From assembly GCA_964247665.1 (NCBI GenBank), contig CAXTVY010000001.1, positions 1 through 53,836 on the forward strand: a stretch of 53,836 bases of DNA, read 5' to 3'. Every line of letters begins with the position of its first letter. The first letter of the stretch is position 1. The stretch is from an uncultured Chthoniobacterales bacterium. Lineage in GTDB: Bacteria > Verrucomicrobiota > Verrucomicrobiia > Chthoniobacterales > SZAS-18. Both the position numbers and the translations under genes were made by a program. The notes beneath the pieces are model-generated. The model was not told the DNA's origin. It did not search any database and saw only the letters and a program-made list of their open reading frames with translations. This document shows positions 44,709 to 53,836 of the stretch, piece after piece.

Positions 44709-45407
44709 TCAGCGGACCGCGACGAGATAGAACAACGGGAACAGGAACACCCAGACGAGGTCCACGAAGTGCCAGTAAAGGCCGCCGATCTCCACCGGAT
44801 TGTAGTAATGTTGCGAGAACTTCCCGCGCCACGCTTGGAACGCCAGCACCAGCAACATGCAGATGCCAATGATGACGTGCAAGCTGTGCAGGCCCGTCAT
44901 GCAGAAGTACAGGACGAAGAAAAGCTGCACCTTGTTGTCCGGCGCGGGGCCGTCGTAGTGGAAGCCCTTGCCCGGGACGTGGTGCTCGACGAAATCCCGG
45001 TAATACTCGTAGCCGTGCACCACCAGAAAGCACGCGCCGATGCCCGCCGCCGCCAGCAACAGGAACGCCAGCCACTTCCGCGAACCCGCCTGTGCCGCGT
45101 GGACCGCCAGCGCCATGGCGAAGCTGCTCGTGAGCAGGATCGCCGTGTCGAGCGCCCCGGCCCACATCATCAACTCGTGGCTGCCCCCGGCGAAGGCGCG
45201 CGGCCACGTCACGCGATAGACCGTGTACGCCGCGAACAGGCCGCCGAAGAAAAGGATCTCCGTGGACAGGAACAGCCACATGCCCAGGTGCGCGGTCTCG
45301 GTCTGCTGGGCCATGTCGTCGAACTGCTTCTCCAGGGCCGGGCGCAGTTCGGGCGGCGGCTCGACGGGGCCGCGGGCAACGGTGGGAGTAGCGGTCGCCT
45401 CAGGCAT
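44709..45407 (-). CDS. ctaE: Cytochrome c oxidase subunit III
   Basis: [34 protein letters not shown]. Confidence 0.95.
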   Translation of the reverse strand: MPEATATPTVARGPVEPPPELRPALEKQFDDMAQQTETAHLGMWLFLSTEILFFGGLFAAYTVYRVTWPRAFAGGSHELMMWAGALDTAILLTSSFAMALAVHAAQAGSRKWLAFLLLAAAGIGACFLVVHGYEYYRDFVEHHVPGKGFHYDGPAPDNKVQLFFVLYFCMTGLHSLHVIIGICMLLVLAFQAWRGKFSQHYYNPVEIGGLYWHFVDLVWVFLFPLFYLVAVR

Positions 45408-47079
45408 GTTTGAGTTCGCGTTCGCGGTTTTCGGCGTGCTTGTTGTGGGTGGTGGTGAGCAGCGGGTAGCCGTAAGGCTCTTCCGTGACCACCGGCGTTT
45501 CCTCGAAGTTGTGCTTGGGTGGCGGCGAGGTGGTCTGCCACTCCAGGCCCGTCGCGCCCCAGGGGTTGTCGCCCGCTTTCTTGCCTTTCTTGAGCGACCA
45601 GACCAGATAGAAGACGGGCATGAGATAGCCCACGGCCAGGATCGACGCCCCGGCGGTGCTCAGGACGTTCCACACCTGGAACTCGGCGGGATATGCGTGA
45701 TAGCGCCGGGGCATCCCCAGATAGCCCAGGATGAACTGCGGGAAGAACGTCAGGTTGAAGCCGATGAACGTCGTCACGGCGGCGAGTTGGCCCAGATGCT
45801 CCGGGTACATGCGCCCGGTGATCTTGGGCCACCAGAAGTGCAGCCCGCCCATGAAGGCGAGGACCATGCCGCCGACCATGATGTAATGGAAGTGCGCGAC
45901 GACGAAATACGTGTCCGTGAGGTGCACGTCGGTAGCGAGTGCGGCGACGAAGAGGCCCGTCAGGCCACCCAGGGTGAACAGGCCGATGAAGCCCAGGGTG
46001 TAGAGCATGGGCGTCTCGAAGGTGATGGACCCCTTGTAAAGCGTGGCCGTCCAGTTGAAGACCTTGATGCCCGAGGGGATGGCGATGACGAAGCTCAGGA
46101 AGGAAAACACCATGCCCGAATACACGGACTGGCTGCTGACGAACATGTGGTGGCCCCAGACGACGAAACCCAGGATGGCGATGGCCATGCTGGCGAAGGC
46201 GATGAAGCGGTAGCCGAAAACGCGCTTGCGCGAGAAGCAGGTGATCAGCTCGCTGATGACCCCGAAGCCGGGCAGGATCATGATGTACACCGCCGGATGG
46301 GAATAGAACCAGAACAGGTGCTGGAACAGCACGGGATCGCCGCCCATCGACGGATCGAAGATGCCCACGCCCCACAGGCGCTCGACCATGAGCAGGAGCA
46401 TGAGCACGGCAAGCACGGGCGTCGCCAGGACCATGATGAGGCTCGTGGCGTAGAGCGACCAGCAGAAGAGCGGCAGGCGCATCCAGTACATCCCGGGTGC
46501 ACGCATCTTGTGGATCGTGACGATGAAGTTCAGGCCCGTGAGGATGGACGAGAAACCGGACACGAAGATGCCCGCCGCCATGGCGAACACATGCGAGTTC
46601 GAGTACTTCGTGCTCAGCGGCGTGTAGAAGGTCCAACCCGTGTCCACCCCGCCCGCGACGACGGCGTACAACGTGAACAGGCCCGCGAAGATGAATATGT
46701 ACCAACTGGCGAGGTTGAGCTTGGGGAAAGCGAGGTCCCGCGCGCCAATCATCATCGGGATCAAAAAGTTGCCCAGGACGTTGGGAATCGACGGGATCAG
46801 GAAGAACCACACCATCAGGACGCCGTGAATCGTGAACAGCTTGTTGTACGTCTCCGAGAGGACGAGGTCTCCTTTGGGGGTCAACAGTTCCAGGCGCATC
46901 AACCCGGCAGCCACGGCGGCGATGAAGAAAAAAATCAGGATCGTGAACAGGTACAGCAACGCGATGCGCTTGTGGTCGGTCGTCAGCAGCCACGAGCGGA
47001 CGGTGTTGCCCTCGTTGAGGTAGGTCTTCGCCGGCGGGGTGGGCCGGAGCGGCCGGGCGGTTGGGGTGGCGGTTATCAT
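45400..47079 (-). CDS. ctaD: Cytochrome c oxidase subunit I (A2 type)
   Basis: [25 protein letters not shown] (YS motif = A2 type), WGHHM, VAHFHY, GMPRR. Confidence 0.97.
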   Translation of the reverse strand: MITATPTARPLRPTPPAKTYLNEGNTVRSWLLTTDHKRIALLYLFTILIFFFIAAVAAGLMRLELLTPKGDLVLSETYNKLFTIHGVLMVWFFLIPSIPNVLGNFLIPMMIGARDLAFPKLNLASWYIFIFAGLFTLYAVVAGGVDTGWTFYTPLSTKYSNSHVFAMAAGIFVSGFSSILTGLNFIVTIHKMRAPGMYWMRLPLFCWSLYATSLIMVLATPVLAVLMLLLMVERLWGVGIFDPSMGGDPVLFQHLFWFYSHPAVYIMILPGFGVISELITCFSRKRVFGYRFIAFASMAIAILGFVVWGHHMFVSSQSVYSGMVFSFLSFVIAIPSGIKVFNWTATLYKGSITFETPMLYTLGFIGLFTLGGLTGLFVAALATDVHLTDTYFVVAHFHYIMVGGMVLAFMGGLHFWWPKITGRMYPEHLGQLAAVTTFIGFNLTFFPQFILGYLGMPRRYHAYPAEFQVWNVLSTAGASILAVGYLMPVFYLVWSLKKGKKAGDNPWGATGLEWQTTSPPPKHNFEETPVVTEEPYGYPLLTTTHNKHAENRERELKHA

Positions 47080-47083
47080 GGAT

Positions 47084-48250
47084 TCACAGGGGCTGGGGCG
47101 AAGGCGCGGGCATCACGATGGCGGGCGCCGCGACGGGCGCTCCCCCGGGCGGGGTCGGGGCCGGGGCGGCCGACGGCGGCAGGAACGGGGAGGTGGAACC
47201 CGGAGCCGGGTAAGCCGTGGGCCCGGGCGTCGCGCCGGGCGGGAGCGTCTGCGTGGTGGGCACGTGGACCTGCGTCTGCCCGTTGAGCTGCTCGTTCTGG
47301 CGCAGGTATTCGTCGGGCGTGTCGTGGGCCATGCTCTTGATGTACTGGAGCAACTGGAAGACTTCCTCCTCGCCGATCTGCCCGTAGTAGCTGGGCATGA
47401 TGGGCGCGTAGCTGGCGACGATCTGCTTTTGCGGCAGCAGGATGGAATCGTGGATGTAGCGGTCGTCCGCCGTGACGATCTCGCCCGTGTCGAGCGGCAC
47501 CGGATGCCCGTAGAGGCCGTGCAGGCTCGGGGCCCGGATCTGCGAGTTCTCGCCGTGGCAGCCGCTGCAACCCAGGGTGCGGAAAAGCTGCTCGCCGCGC
47601 GCGACGAGGTTCGCCTGCGCACCGCTGTTGTTGAGCCACGACTGGTAGTCGGTCGGCGTCATCACCGTCACCCAACCGACCATCTCCGCGTGGCCCATGC
47701 CGCAGAGCTTGCTGCAAAACAGGTGGAAGCTGCCCAGCTTCGTCGCCTGGAACCACTGCGCCGTGTAGCGGCCCGGCACCACGTCTTCCTTCATGCGGAA
47801 AGCAGGCACGTAAAAATCGTGGATCACGTCCTGGCTGGTCATTTGCAGGCGCACCGTGCGGCCAATCGGCACGTGGAGTTCATTCAACTCGCGGTGGCCC
47901 TCGGGGTGCTGGACGTTCCACATCCATTGTTTGCCGATGACGTTGATCTCCAGCGCATCACCCACGGTCGGGGGGGTCTTGAGGTGCACCCAGAGCACGG
48001 CGCTCCAGGTGAAGATGCCCATGACGATCAGCAGCGGGATCACGCTCCAGACGACCTCCACTTTCCATGTCTTGAAGCTCGGCGGCGTGCGGTCGGCGTT
48101 GCTGCCCTGACGGTAGGCGTACAGGAACCAGCCCATCGGGATGAACACGACGCCCAGGATGCCCAGCGTCAGCAGGACGAGAAAATAAAACAACAGGTCC
48201 ACCTGCCCCGCCATGGAAGAGGCCTGTTCGGGCGCGAGGGAAAGGTTCAT
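47084..48250 (-). CDS. ctaC: Cytochrome c oxidase subunit II with fused cytochrome c (caa3)
   Basis: Two TM helices, QWMW, DVIH, CuA motif [12 protein letters not shown], and heme c motif CSGCH...MP. Start re-picked at 48250. Confidence 0.95.
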   Translation of the reverse strand: MNLSLAPEQASSMAGQVDLLFYFLVLLTLGILGVVFIPMGWFLYAYRQGSNADRTPPSFKTWKVEVVWSVIPLLIVMGIFTWSAVLWVHLKTPPTVGDALEINVIGKQWMWNVQHPEGHRELNELHVPIGRTVRLQMTSQDVIHDFYVPAFRMKEDVVPGRYTAQWFQATKLGSFHLFCSKLCGMGHAEMVGWVTVMTPTDYQSWLNNSGAQANLVARGEQLFRTLGCSGCHGENSQIRAPSLHGLYGHPVPLDTGEIVTADDRYIHDSILLPQKQIVASYAPIMPSYYGQIGEEEVFQLLQYIKSMAHDTPDEYLRQNEQLNGQTQVHVPTTQTLPPGATPGPTAYPAPGSTSPFLPPSAAPAPTPPGGAPVAAPAIVMPAPSPQPL

Positions 48251-48287
48251 GGCGGCAGGCGACGAAAAAGGAGGGCGTGAGCGGTGC

Positions 48288-48527
48288 TCAGCGGGCGGGC
48301 GGGAACGGTTGCAGACTGGCGGCGATGTGGCGGTCGCCCCGGTCATCGGTCAGCAGGCGCAGGTGCAGGCCGCGCGAGCGCGCGAGCGTGCGGATGGCAG
48401 GCAGGCCGCCGCCGCGTTGCAGAACGGCGGCGAGTTGGCGCTGGCTCGTGGCATCGGTGCCGGAGGCAACGGCATCGAGCCATTCGGTGGCCCAGGCAGC
48501 GGCCGGGTCAGGGGTGGGCGTGGTCAT
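48288..48527 (-). CDS. Small hypothetical protein (79 aa) inside the respiratory operon
   Basis: The ATG overlaps the SCO stop (ATGA) and the ORF fills the 273-bp SCO-ctaC gap. The sequence looks globular: WATEWLDAVASG..SQR..RGGGL..RGLHL.LLTDDRGD..IAAS..PF. Confidence 0.7.
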   Translation of the reverse strand: MTTPTPDPAAAWATEWLDAVASGTDATSQRQLAAVLQRGGGLPAIRTLARSRGLHLRLLTDDRGDRHIAASLQPFPPAR

Positions 48528-49408
48528 GGAGTGTGCGTGGAGGCGTAGGGGCGCGCCTGGGGCGGCAAGGCGGCGGGCGGTTGGCGGCGTTCGCCGCGCA
48601 GGAGCAGCGCGATGCCGCCCAGGAGGACGACGAGGGTCAGGACACCGGCGGCGCGCAAGCCGTTGATGATGAGCGCGCCGTGCGGGCTCGTCGCCGGGTT
48701 GTAGTGAAAGCAGACGAGCAGCAACTTGGCGATGGGTGAGCTGACCTCCCGGGTGCCGGCCGCTTTCAGCGCGTTCTGGAGGTCGCGCGCCTCGAAGTTC
48801 ACCCCGAAAAAGTAGCGCGACACTTTGCCCTCGGGCGTCAGCACCACGAGGCCGCTCGCGTGGGCGTATTGCTTGATCGTAGGATCGTAGGCGTAGTGGA
48901 AACCGACGGCATTGGCGAGGCGGTGGATCGTCGCGTCGTCCGGGCTCGTGAGAAAATGCCAGCCCGCATCCGCCCCGGGGCGGGCGTAGCGCTTGTAGTA
49001 CAGGCGCTTCTGCGCGGCGGCGTCCTGCCAGGACTGGTGCGGGTCGATGCTCACGTCGATCACGTCGAAGTCCCGGCCGGTGGTGGCACGCATTTGGGTC
49101 AGTGATTCCGTCACGCCGCCGAGCACCATGGAGCAGAGCATCGGGCACTCCTTGTAGCCGAGCACGAGCACGGCCGGGCGGCGGCCATCGAGCAGGTAGC
49201 CCAGCGACACGGGCTGGCCGGTTTCATCGCGGAACACGGCGTCGAGCGGAACGGTCGCGCCCAGGTTCTGGTCAAAGGAAACCTGCGAGGTCAACGACGC
49301 GGCGGTGGCGGGTGCCACCTGCGGCACGTCCGCCCGGACGGCACAGGGCAGCACCGTCAGGAAAGCGGCGGCGAACCAGGCCAAGCGGATCGAAACAGGG
49401 CGGTTCAT
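48524..49408 (-). CDS. SCO1/SenC copper chaperone
   Basis: Signal peptide, CPMLC (CxxxC), VSIDP, YAH, and a C-terminal TM. Confidence 0.92.
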   Translation of the reverse strand: MNRPVSIRLAWFAAAFLTVLPCAVRADVPQVAPATAASLTSQVSFDQNLGATVPLDAVFRDETGQPVSLGYLLDGRRPAVLVLGYKECPMLCSMVLGGVTESLTQMRATTGRDFDVIDVSIDPHQSWQDAAAQKRLYYKRYARPGADAGWHFLTSPDDATIHRLANAVGFHYAYDPTIKQYAHASGLVVLTPEGKVSRYFFGVNFEARDLQNALKAAGTREVSSPIAKLLLVCFHYNPATSPHGALIINGLRAAGVLTLVVLLGGIALLLRGERRQPPAALPPQARPYASTHTP

Positions 49409-49932
49409 GGCTTCAGTACCTGGCCATACACCTGTGGGTCGGCGCGCTGGCGTTGGATGGCCTCGATGGTCAGCCCGGGCGAGACGGGCGGCAGGCCCCG
49501 CGCGGCGATCATGTCCATCGCGCGGTCGATGGGAACGCGCACGACGCCCTTCTGACGGTCCACCCAGCCGTAACCGGCAAGATCCGCGGCGTTGTGGGTC
49601 CGCATCCAGGCCAGATCTTCCTCCGGCTTCACCTGAAGCAGCGGTCCCCGGTAATCCGCCTGCGTGTGGACGCGCGACTCTCCCCCTGGTTCCGTGCGGG
49701 CGCGCCGGGCGTCGAGCCAGTGGTCCACGAACTGGTTCCCCTTGAAGAGGACCACCAACCCCACGAACACCACGCCGAGAAACAGGAGCAACGAACCGGC
49801 GAAGATGAAAAGCCCCTTGATGTTGACATCCGTCGTTTCGTGATGGGCGCGGACCGCCGCCCGCACGGTGGGATCATCCATGGCCGGTTCCCCGGCGTTC
49901 TGCGGCATGGGCGGGTATTTTTCAGTGTCCAT
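49405..49932 (-). CDS. Single-TM protein of alternative complex III operons (ActG-like)
   Basis: HHETTDVN-TM...YGWVD...VRVPIDRAM. Sits between actF and SCO with overlapping junctions. Confidence 0.7.
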   Translation of the reverse strand: MDTEKYPPMPQNAGEPAMDDPTVRAAVRAHHETTDVNIKGLFIFAGSLLLFLGVVFVGLVVLFKGNQFVDHWLDARRARTEPGGESRVHTQADYRGPLLQVKPEEDLAWMRTHNAADLAGYGWVDRQKGVVRVPIDRAMDMIAARGLPPVSPGLTIEAIQRQRADPQVYGQVLKP

Positions 49933-51124
49933 GGGCGAGCGCCTCCTCCATGCGCGGATCGTTCTGCGGGATCAGCGGTCCCCGCCCCAACAGCCAGAAA
50001 AACGTGGCCAGCCACACACCGCCCACGCCCACGAGCGCGGCCGGAGTCATCCAACTCAGGTGAAAATGCGCGGGACGCAGCGAAGGCTCGACCTGCCAGT
50101 ACACCTCCACCATGTGCACGCAGAAGATGAAGCCGGCGAGCAAGCCCAGGCGGCGGACGCTCTCCTTGGCCTCGCGCGAGAGCAGCAGCATGAAAGGCAG
50201 CGCGAAGTGGAACAGGCCCAGGAAAATTGCCACCAGCTTCCAGCCGTCGGCCACCCGGTGCAGGTACCAACCGATCTCCTTGGGCAGGTTGCCCGACCAG
50301 ATCACGATCAACTGCGACACGGCGAGGTAGGCCCACATCATCACGAACGCGAGCAGGAAATTACCCAGCGAATGGAAGTGCTCCGTGCGGACAACGCCCT
50401 TCCAGGGCGGCAGGTTGCGCACGGCGGCGAGAACCACCGTGCAGAACGCGAAAGTCACGAGAATCCAGCCGATGATCACCTGGGCGGGAAACACCGTCGA
50501 GTAGAAAACAGGCTCCAGCGCCATGACCCAATCGACGGCCGCCAGCGAGCTGACGAGGGTGAACACCAGCAGGCCCGGGCCGCTGAAACTCCGCATCCGG
50601 CGCGTCGGCGCGGCGTCGGCGGCCGTATCCTGCGCGTAAGACCAGCGCCGGAGCAGGGCCGCCGCACCGATCCACAGGGCGAAACTCAGGACCATGCGCA
50701 CCGAGAACATCGGCAGGTTGAGATAAGCCTGTTTTTTCGCCAGCGCTTCGACGTGCCGAACCATCTCCGGCTGCGCCCACGGATAGAGCCGGTGCAGGCC
50801 AAAGCACAGCGGCACGAAAAGCACCGCCAGCACAGGTAAAACGTTCGCCGCCGCCTCCAGGAAACGGCGGATCATGTAGCCCCAGCCGCCACCGGTCAAC
50901 AGGTGCAGCATCAGGATGCACAGGCAGCCGAGCGACAGGCCCGTCCAGAACACGAAACCGACGAGGTACGAGAAGAAGAACTGGGCGGGATCGAAGAACA
51001 CCCCCACCCCGCACAGGGCCAGTCCGGCGACGCCGACAGCCAGCGCCAGCAACAGCGGGCGACGGAACAGCTCGCGCGACGCGGAAGCGGCCGGGGCCGC
51101 CGGTTCCCGGGTGAGCGTGGTCAT
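49922..51124 (-). CDS. actF: Alternative complex III membrane subunit ActF
   Basis: About 10 TM helices, GGGWG..IRR..EA, LYPW, DWVMALEP.FYST, LIVIWSGNLPKE. Confidence 0.88.
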   Translation of the reverse strand: MTTLTREPAAPAASASRELFRRPLLLALAVGVAGLALCGVGVFFDPAQFFFSYLVGFVFWTGLSLGCLCILMLHLLTGGGWGYMIRRFLEAAANVLPVLAVLFVPLCFGLHRLYPWAQPEMVRHVEALAKKQAYLNLPMFSVRMVLSFALWIGAAALLRRWSYAQDTAADAAPTRRMRSFSGPGLLVFTLVSSLAAVDWVMALEPVFYSTVFPAQVIIGWILVTFAFCTVVLAAVRNLPPWKGVVRTEHFHSLGNFLLAFVMMWAYLAVSQLIVIWSGNLPKEIGWYLHRVADGWKLVAIFLGLFHFALPFMLLLSREAKESVRRLGLLAGFIFCVHMVEVYWQVEPSLRPAHFHLSWMTPAALVGVGGVWLATFFWLLGRGPLIPQNDPRMEEALAHGH

Positions 51125-51699
51125 GGTTTCTGGTTCTCCAGGCTGGCGCGCTCGGCGGGTGGCAGATCATCCAGCCGGGCGTCCCGGCTGAGTTGCAGGG
51201 CGCGGATGTAGGCCGCGATGGCCCAACGGTCCGCCGGTTCCACGCGCGAGGCGTAGGAATACATGATGCCGTAGCCGTTCGTGATGACCGAATACAGGTA
51301 GCCGGGCGGCGCGTTGCGCAGGCGGTCGATGTGGTAGGAAGGCGGTGCCGGGTAGCCGCGCTGGACGATCATGCCGTTCGCGTCGCCCTCCGCGCCGTGG
51401 CAGACGGAACAGTAAATGTTGAAGCGTTCCTGTCCGCGCTTGAGCAGTTCCTTCGTGACGGGCATGGGGAAGCTCTCGGCCAGCGTGCCGTCGTCGTGCT
51501 TGCCCACGAAAAAGACCGTGTCCTCGTTGAGGTGGCCGCGCGCGACGGTATGCGGCGGCAGCGGCCGGGCGGCGGTGCTGTCCGCCCAGAATTCGCTGGC
51601 GGCGAGCGGCTTGTACTTGGGCTGATTGTACATGTCCTGGCGGCAGGCGGACGTGCCCAGCGCGATGGCCACGGCGAGAACCCGCAAGCGCGCGTTCAT
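51121..51699 (-). CDS. actE: Alternative complex III monoheme cytochrome c lipoprotein ActE
   Basis: Lipobox ..TSAC-RQDMYNQP, RGQERFNIYCSVCHG, GYGIM, DRWAIAAYIRALQ. Confidence 0.9.
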   Translation of the reverse strand: MNARLRVLAVAIALGTSACRQDMYNQPKYKPLAASEFWADSTAARPLPPHTVARGHLNEDTVFFVGKHDDGTLAESFPMPVTKELLKRGQERFNIYCSVCHGAEGDANGMIVQRGYPAPPSYHIDRLRNAPPGYLYSVITNGYGIMYSYASRVEPADRWAIAAYIRALQLSRDARLDDLPPAERASLENQKP

Positions 51700-52265
51700 C
51701 GTTCCACCTCCGCCACGTCGTGGCCCCGGAGTTCCTTTTCCAGGAACGCCCGCGTGCCGTCCCGGCTCCACAGCGGGTCGGTCGTCTCCAGGCACAGGAA
51801 GAACTGATCGACGGTCGCCCGTTCAATGCCGGGAGCCTTGAAGATCGGGTGGTGCAGCCGGGGCAACCCATTGAGGTACAACATGCCCACCACGCCGCTG
51901 ATCGCCGCGAGCAGCACCGTCAACTCGAACGTGATGGGGATGAACATCGGCCAACTGTGGAACGGCCGTCCGCCGATGTTGTAGGGATAATCGATTACCA
52001 TCGAAAACCACTGCATGAAATACCCGCTCGTGCCGCCGATGATGCCACCTGTCAGGAAGATAAACGGCATCCACGTCTTGCCGCGACCCATGGCCTGAGC
52101 CAACCCGTCGATGGGGATGGGACTGTAAGCGTCCATCCGCCGGTAACCGGTCGCATAGGCTTTCTCGACCGCCGCGAGCAGAAGCTCGGGCGAATCAAAC
52201 GCAGCCACCAGCCCGTGCAGGTGCTGCCGGGCCGTGTCGGGGCCGATGTCGGTGGCAGGGTTCAT
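51696..52265 (-). CDS. actD: Alternative complex III subunit ActD (DUF3341)
   Basis: GYRRMDAYSP.PI.GL, YPYNIGGRP..SWP.FIPITFELTVL, GLPRLHHP. Confidence 0.9.
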   Translation of the reverse strand: MNPATDIGPDTARQHLHGLVAAFDSPELLLAAVEKAYATGYRRMDAYSPIPIDGLAQAMGRGKTWMPFIFLTGGIIGGTSGYFMQWFSMVIDYPYNIGGRPFHSWPMFIPITFELTVLLAAISGVVGMLYLNGLPRLHHPIFKAPGIERATVDQFFLCLETTDPLWSRDGTRAFLEKELRGHDVAEVER

Positions 52266-53746
52266 GGCAGCGTATCCGGGCGGTCCGCCAGCCGGGCGAA
52301 CACGGGCGGCAGCGCGGGTCCGGGAACGGGCGGGCTCGCGCCTTCCGCGACGAGTTCGCGCTCTTCGGTCATGGAGATCATTGGCAGGAAGCGGATGAAC
52401 AACAGGAGCAGGGTGAAGAACAGGCCAATCGTCCCGGCCAGCGTGGCGTAGTCCCAGAAGGAAGGGTAGTACATCTTCCAGGCCGAGGGGGTGAAATCGC
52501 GGTGCAGGCTGACGATGACGATCACGAAACGCTCCAGCCACATGCCCAGATTGGCGGACAGAGCCGCGAAGAACAGCAGCACCGGCGTGGTCCGCACGGT
52601 GCGTGACCAGAGTGATTGCGGGATGACCACGTTGAAGAGGATGAGCAGCCAGTACGTCCAGCCGTAGGGGCCAAACGCGCGGTTGTACGCCTGGAAACGC
52701 TCGTACTGGTCGCCGCTAAACCAAGCGAAGAACGCCTCGGTCAGGTAGCCGTAGGCGACGATCAGGCCGACGACCAGCATGATGTTGGCCATGTTGTTGA
52801 GCGTGCGCTCGGTGATGTACGCCTGGAGGCCGTAGAGCTTGCGGACGGGGATGATGATGTTGAGCACCATCGCAAAACCCGAGTAAATCGCCCCCGCCAC
52901 GAAGAAAGGTGGGAAGATCGTTGAGTGCCAGCCGGGCAGGATGGCCACGGAGAAGTCGAAGGAGACGACGCTGTGCACGGAAAGCACCAGCGGCGCGGCC
53001 AGACCGGCCAACAATAAATACGTGATCTTGTACCGCTGCCAGTGCACGGCGGACCCGCGCCAGCCCAGCGCGCCGATGCCAAAGAGGATCTGTTTCCAAC
53101 GCTCGGTGGAGCGGTCGCGCAACGTGGCGAGATCGGGGATGAGGCCGACGTACCAGAACAGCAGCGAGACCGTGAAATACGTGGACACAGCGAAGAAGTC
53201 CCACACCAGCGGACTGCGGAAATTCGGCCACAGGCCCATCGTGTTCGGGTAGGGCACAATCCAGTAAAAGACCCACGCGCGGCCCAGATGGAGCAACGGG
53301 AACATGCCCGCGCACGCGACGGCAAAGAGCGTCATCGCTTCCGTGAAGCGGTTGATGGAGTTGCGCCACTTCTGGAAGACGAGCAGCAGGATGGCGGAGA
53401 TGAACGTGCCCGCATGGCCGATCCCGATCCACCACACGAAATTGACGATGGCAAAGCCCCAGGCCACCGGGATGTTGATGCCCCAGATGCCCACTCCCTT
53501 GTAGAGCAGGTAAGTGACGGCGTACAGGAACACCATCAACAGCGAGAACGCGATCCCGAAACCGAGCCACCAGCTTTTCGGGTGCTGGCCCTTGATGACG
53601 ATATCGCCGATTTTGACCGCGACGCTCTTGTACGTCTCGCCCGGACCCATCATCTGGTCGGGATAGCCGAGCGGCGAACGCGGTTCGCGCGGCGGCGCGT
53701 CCTTGCGGCCGGCGTCGGTGGGCGGCGGTTGGGTCAGGCCCGGCAT
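52262..53746 (-). CDS. actC: Alternative complex III quinol-binding subunit ActC (NrfD family)
   Basis: NFVWWIGIGHAGT.ISAIL, WRNSINR..EAMT, HLGR.W, SPLVWD, SVHSVVSFDF, GWHSTIFPP, GMWLER. Confidence 0.95.
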   Translation of the reverse strand: MPGLTQPPPTDAGRKDAPPREPRSPLGYPDQMMGPGETYKSVAVKIGDIVIKGQHPKSWWLGFGIAFSLLMVFLYAVTYLLYKGVGIWGINIPVAWGFAIVNFVWWIGIGHAGTFISAILLLVFQKWRNSINRFTEAMTLFAVACAGMFPLLHLGRAWVFYWIVPYPNTMGLWPNFRSPLVWDFFAVSTYFTVSLLFWYVGLIPDLATLRDRSTERWKQILFGIGALGWRGSAVHWQRYKITYLLLAGLAAPLVLSVHSVVSFDFSVAILPGWHSTIFPPFFVAGAIYSGFAMVLNIIIPVRKLYGLQAYITERTLNNMANIMLVVGLIVAYGYLTEAFFAWFSGDQYERFQAYNRAFGPYGWTYWLLILFNVVIPQSLWSRTVRTTPVLLFFAALSANLGMWLERFVIVIVSLHRDFTPSAWKMYYPSFWDYATLAGTIGLFFTLLLLFIRFLPMISMTEERELVAEGASPPVPGPALPPVFARLADRPDTLP

Positions 53747-53747
53747 G

Positions 53748-53836
53748 TCAGGCAGCCGCCTCCGGGCTGGGGTTGGTGACGCGCGCGAGGTAGGTCGTGC
53801 GCGGCCGGGTGTTCAGTTCGGCGAGCATCCCGTAGT
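53748..53836 (-). CDS. actB: C-terminal fragment of alternative complex III subunit ActB (truncated by window edge)
   Basis: Reverse strand reads ...YGMLAELNTRPRTTYLARVTNPSPEAAA-stop immediately upstream of actC. Confidence 0.8.
   Translation of the reverse strand, partial: YGMLAELNTRPRTTYLARVTNPSPEAAA

Overview
GC-rich bacterial chromosomal window. Gene style suggests Verrucomicrobiota (inference, not tested). It has four blocks. (1) 1-13001: a flagellar cluster. fliD, an unknown lipoprotein, a flgM-like gene and a fliS-like fragment lie on the minus strand. A TPR/GT41 glycosyltransferase, a minimal flagellin, a sigma54 activator, an orphan gene and flgBC-fliEFGH lie on the plus strand. Sigma28 and sigma54 promoters and CsrA-type hairpins are readable in the sequence. 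A hybrid histidine kinase sits where fliI usually follows fliH. (2) 16381-34520: an orphan hybrid NRPS-PKS cluster. It comprises A(Pro)-T, then KS-AT-ACP-aminotransferase-luciferase-like monooxygenase-C-A(Ser)-T, then a terminal C*-vestigial A-T-TE(Cys). A hotdog dehydratase, an acyl-AMP ligase and a flavin halogenase-like enzyme lie next to it. This is the best candidate for an undescribed system. (3) 34639-44223: housekeeping and accessory genes (DUF1287, larC, Uma2, parC, double retropepsin, S1/P1 nuclease, fbaB, Cof HAD). (4) 44336-53836: an alternative complex III plus caa3 oxidase operon with a small inserted gene. I saw no tRNA, rRNA, CRISPR array or transposase. All calls come from motif reading only, and several start codons were re-picked by eye.
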